The position numbers were made by a program, and so were the translations under genes. Shown one piece after another: positions 51,010 to 58,365 of a stretch of DNA of 64,000 nt (positions are counted from its first letter, which is position 1; each line of letters begins with the position of its first letter). The DNA is from a virus. The stretch spans positions 104,267 through 168,266 of IMG/VR virus record IMGVR_UViG_3300040856_003274; one strand, written 5' to 3'. Below the pieces are notes generated by a model, which saw nothing but the letters and a program-made list of their open reading frames with translations, did not search any database and was not told where the DNA came from.

Positions 51010-51576
51010 ATGAGTAGAGCGAGAAACATTAAAGACAACACTTCTATCGTGGAAGTGCTCTCAGACCTCGGCTATCACGTACACGCGCATGGGGGAGACA
51101 GGGAACAGCAGTTTTCTTGTGACCTTCATGGAGATGGTAGTGACAGCAAGCCTTCTGCGCGTGCCTATCCTGACAGCAATAGCTGGTACTGCTTCGCTTG
51201 CGGTAAAGTTAGGGACGCGATTTCAACGGTACGCGAAAAGTGGGGGTATAGCTTCCCTGAAGCGTGCAAGTACCTAGAAGACAAGTACGGTGTAGATTAT
51301 ACTCCATCAGCATATTCTCAAGGGTCAGAGACAGAGGCTGAAGAAGACCGTACACAAGCGCAGTGGGAACAAGAGGTTAAGAGAACAGAGGCGCTCTTAA
51401 CCAACTTTAGTAGAGACTTCCAAGACCGATCTTGGCTTATCCCTTTGTGGGAGGGTTTCGACTACCTTACGTGGCAAAACCAAAAGAAGGGCTTAACACC
51501 TCTCAAAGGGCTTGAGTCTTTAAGAGAGAAAGCAATCCGATTAGCTAGCATGAAAGTAGCTAGAGGTGACTTATGA
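51010..51576 (+). CDS. Stand-alone CHC2 zinc-finger (primase Zn-binding domain) protein
   Basis: CDLHGDGSDSKPS...WYCFACG...DAISTV...SFPEACKYL; no TOPRIM domain; start taken at ATG 51010. Confidence 0.8.
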   Translation: MSRARNIKDNTSIVEVLSDLGYHVHAHGGDREQQFSCDLHGDGSDSKPSARAYPDSNSWYCFACGKVRDAISTVREKWGYSFPEACKYLEDKYGVDYTPSAYSQGSETEAEEDRTQAQWEQEVKRTEALLTNFSRDFQDRSWLIPLWEGFDYLTWQNQKKGLTPLKGLESLREKAIRLASMKVARGDL

Positions 51577-51947
51577 TTATTGAGAATGACGTGTTTTACG
51601 GTGTTGTTGAGAGGGGCGACTCCCCTAAAGACGCTTTTAGGAGATTAAAAGCGAGAAACCCTTTCTTCGCCTCGGTGCAGACATACCTAATCAATCAAGA
51701 AGATAAGATTAGTAAAGAAGATGTGCTCCGATGTTTAGGTCTTGAGAAACCTGTCTTCCATGAGAGAAAGTGCAAAGTCTACTTCCTGGGCGATGACACC
51801 TTCTACTTCTTCAGGAATAAGAGCCCTGTATCGCCTATAAAGATTTACGAAGAAGCAGAGAACATTATATCTCGTTGGAAGAGCGGGGACTTAGACGAGA
51901 GTGCCATAGAGCAACTAGAGAAAGCTATGAGGGGATCACATGAGTGA
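51573..51947 (+). CDS. Hypothetical protein
   Basis: 124 aa, RBS GAGGTG, overlaps neighbours in operon. Confidence 0.6.
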   Translation: MIIENDVFYGVVERGDSPKDAFRRLKARNPFFASVQTYLINQEDKISKEDVLRCLGLEKPVFHERKCKVYFLGDDTFYFFRNKSPVSPIKIYEEAENIISRWKSGDLDESAIEQLEKAMRGSHE

Positions 51948-52176
51948 GTATGAGAAAGTAAAAGACCCGAAGCATTACCAAGGAGAGGGTGGGCTCTCTG
52001 CGCTCGACGTAATCAATGCTTTCGGTTTCGGTGAAGGCTACGCTTTAGGGTCTGCGATTAAGTATATTTTAAGAGCAGGGAAAAAGCCTGGCGAGAGCGC
52101 CATAACCGATCTCAAAAAAGCAATGTGTTGCTTAGAGTCTGTAATCAAGGAGTACGAGAAGAATGAAGAGCAGTAG
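51940..52176 (+). CDS. DUF3310 family protein
   Basis: VKDPKHY...YALGSAIKYILRAGKK...DLKKA pattern. Confidence 0.85.
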   Translation: MSEYEKVKDPKHYQGEGGLSALDVINAFGFGEGYALGSAIKYILRAGKKPGESAITDLKKAMCCLESVIKEYEKNEEQ

Positions 52177-52399
52177 CTGTATCGCAGGTGAGCTTTTCGG
52201 AGAGCTTTTCGAGCTCACAGGAGGCAAAGTGGAGATAACCCGAAAGCCCACATTTCTTACTCACACTGTATGGGTCGTTTATTACTTAGAGCTAGATAAA
52301 TGGGCTCAGGTGACCTCTCCACATTTAACAGACGCTCTCAGAGATGCGATCTCTAATATTAAGAGGCACGATCCGTTAGAGGGGGTTGAGGTATTATGA
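52163..52399 (+). CDS. Hypothetical protein
   Basis: 78 aa, RBS AAGGAG, coupled within operon. Confidence 0.55.
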   Translation: MKSSSCIAGELFGELFELTGGKVEITRKPTFLTHTVWVVYYLELDKWAQVTSPHLTDALRDAISNIKRHDPLEGVEVL

Positions 52400-52863
52400 A
52401 CCCTAAACACCTCAAAGTGCGTGTCGCTCAGTGTGATCTTATTGCCTCTAACTCGCCTTGCCCGCGCAGGAAAGTAGGGGCGTTAATCATTGACCCTGAG
52501 ACTAATGTTATCATTAGCGAGGGTTATAACGGCACTCCTAGAGGCTCAGATCACCTTTACTGCGGAGGCGCTGGCTGTAAGCGTGAAGAGAAAGACATAC
52601 CTAGCGGCACAAGAAATGACGTAGGTTGCCACCACGCGGAAATGAACGCGATCCTCAACGCTAGCCGAGTAGGTCAATCGACGTTGGGGAAGTGGCTTAT
52701 CGTCAACTGCGACCCATGTCTAATGTGCGCTAAAGCAATCCATCATAGTGGTATCGTTAAGGTTTACGCGCCTCTCGATACCTCGTATGATGGTGAGGGA
52801 CTAAGCTATCTTAGGAAAAACGGTATTGAAACATCCTCTCTAAAAGGGGCTACAAGAGAATGA
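52396..52863 (+). CDS. dCMP deaminase
   Basis: SPCPRRKVGA, GYNGTP, HAEMNA, PCLMC Zn-deaminase motifs. Confidence 0.92.
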   Translation: MNPKHLKVRVAQCDLIASNSPCPRRKVGALIIDPETNVIISEGYNGTPRGSDHLYCGGAGCKREEKDIPSGTRNDVGCHHAEMNAILNASRVGQSTLGKWLIVNCDPCLMCAKAIHHSGIVKVYAPLDTSYDGEGLSYLRKNGIETSSLKGATRE

Positions 52864-53183
52864 TTAAGCAGATACCCAACAGATACAAAATACCTTTAGA
52901 CGACATAGAAAAGATCGTCATAACCATAGAAGCCTACCAAAAGCTAATCTCCTTTTATGAGGAGTGGCTCGAAAAGCATGGCCCTTACGAGTATGTTGAC
53001 GAGAGGATTTGCGCCCTTACCAGTGAGTATTGTGAATACTTGTTTGCTAAAGAGTATGCGAAAGAGGGGGCTCGAACATTTGGCTCGGATATGAACATCT
53101 ATAGGTCTGTAGAGAAGGACTTTAAGAGGCATTTCCCTCACTTAGAATTTATACCTCCGAGGAAGTCTGATGATAGAGATTAA
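52860..53183 (+). CDS. Hypothetical protein
   Basis: 107 aa, ATGA overlap with deaminase. Confidence 0.6.
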   Translation: MIKQIPNRYKIPLDDIEKIVITIEAYQKLISFYEEWLEKHGPYEYVDERICALTSEYCEYLFAKEYAKEGARTFGSDMNIYRSVEKDFKRHFPHLEFIPPRKSDDRD

Positions 53184-53721
53184 GACAGGAGATTGTGTCG
53201 AGCGCCTAAAAGACCTAGAAGATAACTCAGTTGACGCGGTGATTTGCGACCCACCTTACGGACTTAGGTTTATGTCTAAAGGTTGGGATGATATTGGTGA
53301 CGGCAGTCAGCAAAGAGAGTGGCATAGAGCATGGCTGACAGAAGCTCATAGAGTCTTAAAGCCTAATGGAGTCCTCAAGGCTTTCTCAGGGACTCGAACC
53401 TTCCATCACCTAATCGCGATGATGGAAGAAATAGGCTTCTCAGAGTTACGGATAGAGGCTTGGAGTTATGGATCGGGTTTCCCCAAATCTCACAACGTGG
53501 CTCTTGGTATAGACAAGAAATACGGTTACGGTAACAGAGGTAGGGCAATCCCTACTGCTTCTCGCTTCCAAGCCTCTGACATACAACAAGAAAACAAGCT
53601 CACCTCTAACCCTGTGGAAGCATACGAAGCTAAAACAGAAGCCTCCAAGCCTTTCCAAGGCTACGGTACGGCTCTAAAGCCTTCATGGGAGCCTATCTGT
53701 ATTGGAGTAAAACGATGTTAA
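53170..53721 (+). CDS. N4/N6 DNA methyltransferase, N-terminal (catalytic DPPY) part
   Basis: GDCVERLKDL..NSVDAVICDPPY, RVLKPNG, SGTRTFHH, YGSGFPKSHN, GYGTALKPSWEPI; ends before the SAM-binding motif. Confidence 0.85.
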   Translation: MIEIKTGDCVERLKDLEDNSVDAVICDPPYGLRFMSKGWDDIGDGSQQREWHRAWLTEAHRVLKPNGVLKAFSGTRTFHHLIAMMEEIGFSELRIEAWSYGSGFPKSHNVALGIDKKYGYGNRGRAIPTASRFQASDIQQENKLTSNPVEAYEAKTEASKPFQGYGTALKPSWEPICIGVKRC

Positions 53722-53906
53722 CCTGTCGAGTCTGCTTAAACGAGAGTAACCGTTCTTCAATCTGCTCTAAATGTGCAAAACTTACAGCAGAGGGAATAAT
53801 GGATAAACTGGATAAGAAGAATCAGTTAAAACCTCTAGAAGCATATAGAAGAACCAACTCAAAAGATGTCTTTGTAGGTGCTCTTAACGGGAGTCGTTCA
53901 CCATGA
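53715..53906 (+). CDS. Small Cys4 Zn-finger protein
   Basis: MLTCRVC...CSKC; ATG at 53715 with GGAG RBS; sits between MTase parts 1 and 2. Confidence 0.55.
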   Translation: MLTCRVCLNESNRSSICSKCAKLTAEGIMDKLDKKNQLKPLEAYRRTNSKDVFVGALNGSRSP

Positions 53907-54301
53907 TTGTCACATTATTAAGAAAGCCCTTAGAGGGAAGCGTAGCCGATAACGTACTGGAACATGGGTGCGGGGCTCTCAACATAGATGCCACTAGGGT
54001 AGGTTATGCAACAAAGGGCAGGTGGCCTGCTAACTTTATCCTTACTCACCTAGACGTTTGTATTCCTCAAGGTGAAGATTGGGCTTGTGTAGAAGGCTGT
54101 CCTGTCAGAGAGCTAGACCGACAAAGTGGTCATCAAAAGAGCGGTATCGCAGGGTCTAAAAGCAGGGCTTGGGGGGTGGCGGGTAAAGGGCAGCTCTCTT
54201 CTACAGAAGATGGAGTAGGATGGAAGGCTTACGGATCAGAGGGTTATGGAGATGAGGGTGGAGCTTCGAGGTTCTTCAAACAATTTAAGGAAACAAAATG
54301 A
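53903..54301 (+). CDS. DNA methyltransferase, middle part
   Basis: RKPLEGSVADNVLEHGCGALNIDATRV, GRWPANFIL, YGDEGGASRFF: the middle region of phage beta-class MTases. Confidence 0.75.
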   Translation: MIVTLLRKPLEGSVADNVLEHGCGALNIDATRVGYATKGRWPANFILTHLDVCIPQGEDWACVEGCPVRELDRQSGHQKSGIAGSKSRAWGVAGKGQLSSTEDGVGWKAYGSEGYGDEGGASRFFKQFKETK

Positions 54302-54741
54302 AAGATGACTTCATGGATCGGATAGACGACATTCTTAACCCGCCTAATGAAGAGGGCAACACAGGCTTCCCTGCTACCCTCTCAGCACAAGAGCTGCCGA
54401 GTAACATTAAGGTGCTCCTCGAACGCTTCTTATCTGCTTACGAAGCGAACAACTGTATCGACAACAGGGCTTCGGAGAAGCTCTTAGAAGATACCGCAAT
54501 AAGCGTCCTTCTCGAAATAGCTGAGAGGGTAAAGAGCGTCAGCCTTGAAAGCCACATCTTAAGATTAGGTGGTGAGATTATCTCTGCAAGCTACACATTA
54601 GAAGGGAGACTCACAGTATATAAGCTCCCTCCTAACATCATTGAGCCCCTAAAAACAGAGATCAAAATAAGGCTGTATAACCCAATGGTGCATGTTATTT
54701 TCGAGGGTGATACTCTCAAGGTATTAGAAGAGTCTGACTGA
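54298..54741 (+). CDS. Hypothetical protein
   Basis: 147 aa, RBS AAGGA, between MTase parts 2 and 3. Confidence 0.6.
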   Translation: MKDDFMDRIDDILNPPNEEGNTGFPATLSAQELPSNIKVLLERFLSAYEANNCIDNRASEKLLEDTAISVLLEIAERVKSVSLESHILRLGGEIISASYTLEGRLTVYKLPPNIIEPLKTEIKIRLYNPMVHVIFEGDTLKVLEESD

Positions 54742-55400
54742 TGATTGATTACCTTAAAGATATGATCTCACCGCCCTTGGAAGAGGTTGTTATATTAGAG
54801 GGTACGACTTCTGAGCTTAATCTCTCTAAGTTGCCTGACTGCTACGCGCATGGTTTAATCTTAAAGGGAGAGCCTACAGAAGAGGAGTCTTCTGAGATAT
54901 TCAGAGTCCTAAAGCCAGGTGCTCACGTCGCCATAATACCTGAAGGAAGCGGGGTTGGACACAGCGGTGTGATTTCTTTAGAAGATGCAGGCTTCGAGGT
55001 TAGAGACGCGATCTTTGTGGCAGAAGACCCTGACAGCTTTTATTACACCTCTAAAGCCTCACGGAGAGAGAGGGAAGCAGGGCTTAAAGAAGCTGAAAAG
55101 GGTAATAGGTCTAACCCACACCCTACCGTCAAACCTATAGACATCATGGAGTGGTGTGCGAGGGACATTGGAAAGAGTAGTCTCGTCGTAGACCCTTTTA
55201 TGGGTAGCGGTACGACAGGGATAGCTATGGCTAAATCAGGGCATAGCTTCATCGGCATTGAGCTCCAAGAAGAGTACGCAGAAGTCTCTCTTAAACGTAT
55301 ACAGCATTGGAGTCCTAACAGTGAGGCAACTTTTAATGGAGAGCCTGCTAAGAAAGACCTGACAGTATTAGGAGGACTCTTTAGTCTCTTTGGCGATTAA
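54741..55400 (+). CDS. DNA methyltransferase, SAM-binding part (lacks DPPY)
   Basis: FYYTSKASRRERE, HPTVKP, VVDPFMGSGTTGIA, FIGIE; degenerate N-terminal half with RVLKPG and LEDAGFEVRD but no DPPY. Confidence 0.8.
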   Translation: MIDYLKDMISPPLEEVVILEGTTSELNLSKLPDCYAHGLILKGEPTEEESSEIFRVLKPGAHVAIIPEGSGVGHSGVISLEDAGFEVRDAIFVAEDPDSFYYTSKASRREREAGLKEAEKGNRSNPHPTVKPIDIMEWCARDIGKSSLVVDPFMGSGTTGIAMAKSGHSFIGIELQEEYAEVSLKRIQHWSPNSEATFNGEPAKKDLTVLGGLFSLFGD

Positions 55401-55415
55401 GCGTCTATTATTCTG

Positions 55416-55446
55416 TCTCACCAAACACTGGATACAAGAGGTGAGA
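55416..55446 (+). promoter_or_regulatory. RBS-sequestering hairpin upstream of peptidase
   Basis: tctcacc / ggtgaga 7-bp stem covers most of the GAGGTG RBS; loop contains AAACAC. Confidence 0.45.
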
Positions 55447-55450
55447 TGAG

Positions 55451-56005
55451 ATGTTTAGTAAGCAAGCGAAGCGCGAAGCGATCCGCAAAGTGGCGAAGGC
55501 TAATGTTAAGCCTGTGCGCCAACGTACTCAATACAACTGCATGACCACAAGCATGGCGATGTGTTTAGAAGCTCTAGGCATCCCAAAAGCAGAGTGTGAG
55601 ATTAACGTTGTAAACAAGGTGATGGGTGCGATCCCCATGAAAGGTGCTTCATGGGAGCAGGCGCTCGCGTGTGCTCAGCATTACGGCATTCGAGCTACCC
55701 TCACAATGCCGAGCACTGTACGCCAGCTCAAAGAATGGACTGACGCAGGCAAGCCTGTAATGATCGCATGGAATCCTGAGGGTAGAGATTGGTCACACGC
55801 TTCTGTGGTATTTGACGTAGATGAAGACCTCAACGTCTACGTAGCTGACCCTAATATCCCCGACCCTGACGAGACAGTGAGAGTGCTCACTAAGGGAGAG
55901 TTTTATCAGAAGTGGTACGAGAAATGGCCTAACTACTTGGTGCGTAGACCTGCGCTAATGCTGGACTTTGAGATCACCCCTGAAGGCACACAGGCGATGA
56001 GGTAA
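55451..56005 (+). CDS. C39-like (papain-fold) cysteine peptidase
   Basis: Q-x5-C (RQRTQYNCMTTSMAMCL), GKPVMIAW, SHASVV, YVADP catalytic pattern; basic N-terminal leader with RKVA. Confidence 0.8.
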   Translation: MFSKQAKREAIRKVAKANVKPVRQRTQYNCMTTSMAMCLEALGIPKAECEINVVNKVMGAIPMKGASWEQALACAQHYGIRATLTMPSTVRQLKEWTDAGKPVMIAWNPEGRDWSHASVVFDVDEDLNVYVADPNIPDPDETVRVLTKGEFYQKWYEKWPNYLVRRPALMLDFEITPEGTQAMR

Positions 56006-56011
56006 GAAGTT

Positions 56012-58354
56012 ATGACAAGCCCGTTAAGATTAAGAAGAGATTACGGTGAAGACAGAGTAGCCACGGAGCTTAACGAAGACTCTTTCGAGTCTCTCTTCAA
56101 CAACCCTCCTGATAGGATTTCTTTGCCTTGGGGGTCACCTGCCAAGCCTAATCTATGGAAGACTAAGCGAGTTATATATCGTGCGCTAAAAATCTTAAGT
56201 TACTCTATTGAAAGCCCTGCCCTGTCAGAGCCCTTACGTCTTTATTTTGTGCCAGGGGAAAATAAGGTTACTAAATCACCAAACGTGAAAATAAAGCTCT
56301 ACGACTCACAGGATATTATCCTTTATAGCAGGGTCTTTGAGCCCTCTAATCTTTACACCGTAAGTAAGACGCTTCAGCTATTTTGGCATTACTTAAACGA
56401 CGACGATGAAAAGTTTAAGAAAGATTACATTACCATCCCTAAGATAGCTTCTTCAGAAGAGCCCTCTGCTTATGAGCATATGAGCACCCGCCCAAGCACA
56501 ATACCTTTACCTTGGGGCAATCCCGCCAAACCCAACATATGGAAAGCTCAGTACCAAGGGGGGTCACGATATGTCGTAACAAGCCCTGTGCTCTCTACGG
56601 CTTACACATATATCTTGATTGTGGATAAAGACGTAGAGAAAGTCTCTCTCATAGCTTTTGATCAAGAGGGTAGAGCAAATGAGGTCTACATATATCCTTT
56701 CTACGATATGTTCAAAGATTTTACTCTCCACGGCATATTGCGCATCTTTTGGAAAAGGATGTGGACTGAGAGAGATCGAATTAGTAGATACCTCACTGTA
56801 CCTAAGGTAGCTTCACCACAAAGAATCCCTGCGGTCATTACGCTGAACAACTTGCCTGAGACTCTTTCTCTTCCTTGGGGCGACCCCTCTAAGCCTAATA
56901 TGTGGAAGACTAAAAAAATAGGGTCTGACCTTTACAAGGTGACCAGCCCTGCGCTCAAGCCTAACTACTTTTATACTTTAAGGCTGTCCCCTCGCTCATT
57001 CGAGTTTTCAGCACTCTCTACACGTATTAACTATAGCATGTATGACTACGAATGGACTCTAGACGAAGTTGAGCAAGACACTTTAGAAGAGCTTCTAGAG
57101 ACGTTTTGGAAATACATGAGGAGCTACTCAAATAGACATGGGGGGTCTAAGGGCATCAATAAATACCTCACTGTGCCAAAAGTAGCTTCCTCACAGGATA
57201 TCCCTGCGGTCACTGCGCTGGACAACTTGCCTGCGATGCTCACTCTTCCTTGGGGCAATCCTCCGAAGCCTAATATGTGGAAAGCGCATCAATGGTTAGG
57301 GGGGAAATATACGGTAGAGAGCCCTGTACTCGACTCTGAGTTTGGCTATCAGCTAAATTTAGGCCGCAATCTTTCTAGTAGGTTTAGGGTAAGTTTTAGC
57401 GCCCTCCTCAACGGCAACAAGCGGGAAATACACAGTATGTATATCCATAAGAGAGTCCTTGAGGGGGTGAGCCTAAATGATGTCTTAAAACAATTTTGGT
57501 TAAATATGTGGAACAGTGAGGAAGGTACGATCAAAAAATACCTTATAGTGCCTAAGGTAGCGTCCTCATCTGCTTTAACCGTCGAAGACCTCTTTAAATT
57601 TACTCCCTATACCTTTGAGCTACCGTGGGGTCATCCGATTAAAAAAAACATATGGTCAGTAAAGAAAATAAGTGAGCTTACCTCTTACGGACTTACTTTG
57701 ATTTACGAGGTAGAGTCTCCTCTACTGAAGCACCCTATCTACTTCCACATGGATGCTCCTGACAACAATGGTAAGGTAACTATCGAGGTTAGAGAGGGTA
57801 GCTCATGGGGGGGCTCGTATTATACTCACTTCTTTAATGTCTCAGACTCTTTCTACTCCATGTCTCTCGAAGTTTACATGCGCGGAGTATGGAACAGTCT
57901 TACGCACACGAAGAAGTTGAAGCCTATACTTTTAAGTAAGGTAGCATCACATAACCCTACGTGTATCAACGACATCATTAAACACAAGCCCAAAACCTTT
58001 AAGCTAGCGTGGGGTATTCCTGCTAAGAAAAACTTGTGGAAAGTTAGCCTTAAGCACTCGGTTTTCCTACCTCGCGGTGAGAATGAGATTGTATACACAA
58101 TCCAATCTCCTGTCTTAAATCCTCACTTATCTATAGAGTTTTTGGTAACTGGTGAGTCCGTAAAGATTACTGTTAGAGTAGGGTATTCGGGAAACATACT
58201 CTTCAATATACTTTTTTACTTCAAGCACAGTAAGTCTCTAAGCCAGCCTCTAGACATTTTCACAGAGGCGGTGTGGCGCTACTTAATGAATAATAATCTA
58301 CTGCAAGAGCACCTCAAGCCTAATATCAAGGTAGCCAATACCCGTAAGCTCTAA
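56012..58354 (+). CDS. Polyprotein A: six tandem diverged WGxPxKxNxW domains delimited by [KR][VI]A[STN]
   Basis: Boundary motifs at 56054 (RVAT), 56441 (KIAS), 56804, 57179, 57554, 57938 (KVAS), 58328 (KVAN); units of 121-130 aa. Confidence 0.85.
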   Translation: MTSPLRLRRDYGEDRVATELNEDSFESLFNNPPDRISLPWGSPAKPNLWKTKRVIYRALKILSYSIESPALSEPLRLYFVPGENKVTKSPNVKIKLYDSQDIILYSRVFEPSNLYTVSKTLQLFWHYLNDDDEKFKKDYITIPKIASSEEPSAYEHMSTRPSTIPLPWGNPAKPNIWKAQYQGGSRYVVTSPVLSTAYTYILIVDKDVEKVSLIAFDQEGRANEVYIYPFYDMFKDFTLHGILRIFWKRMWTERDRISRYLTVPKVASPQRIPAVITLNNLPETLSLPWGDPSKPNMWKTKKIGSDLYKVTSPALKPNYFYTLRLSPRSFEFSALSTRINYSMYDYEWTLDEVEQDTLEELLETFWKYMRSYSNRHGGSKGINKYLTVPKVASSQDIPAVTALDNLPAMLTLPWGNPPKPNMWKAHQWLGGKYTVESPVLDSEFGYQLNLGRNLSSRFRVSFSALLNGNKREIHSMYIHKRVLEGVSLNDVLKQFWLNMWNSEEGTIKKYLIVPKVASSSALTVEDLFKFTPYTFELPWGHPIKKNIWSVKKISELTSYGLTLIYEVESPLLKHPIYFHMDAPDNNGKVTIEVREGSSWGGSYYTHFFNVSDSFYSMSLEVYMRGVWNSLTHTKKLKPILLSKVASHNPTCINDIIKHKPKTFKLAWGIPAKKNLWKVSLKHSVFLPRGENEIVYTIQSPVLNPHLSIEFLVTGESVKITVRVGYSGNILFNILFYFKHSKSLSQPLDIFTEAVWRYLMNNNLLQEHLKPNIKVANTRKL
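56789..57282. repeat. 119-nt diverged direct repeat pair (56789-56907 and 57164-57282)
   Basis: Ungapped, 22 mismatches by hand count (~82% identity); spans YLTVPKVAS junction to WGxPxKPNMW. Confidence 0.85.
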
Positions 58355-58365
58355 TTCTATACATA

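Noticed and set aside
53700-54760. Self-splicing introns or inteins explaining the split MTase
   Set aside because: Intervening DNA is filled by coupled ORFs with their own RBSs; no group I/II intron features, homing endonuclease motifs or intein termini seen
25476-58098. Short minus-strand and alternate-frame ORFs inside the plus-strand genes
   Set aside because: Fully nested within well-supported genes with no independent evidence
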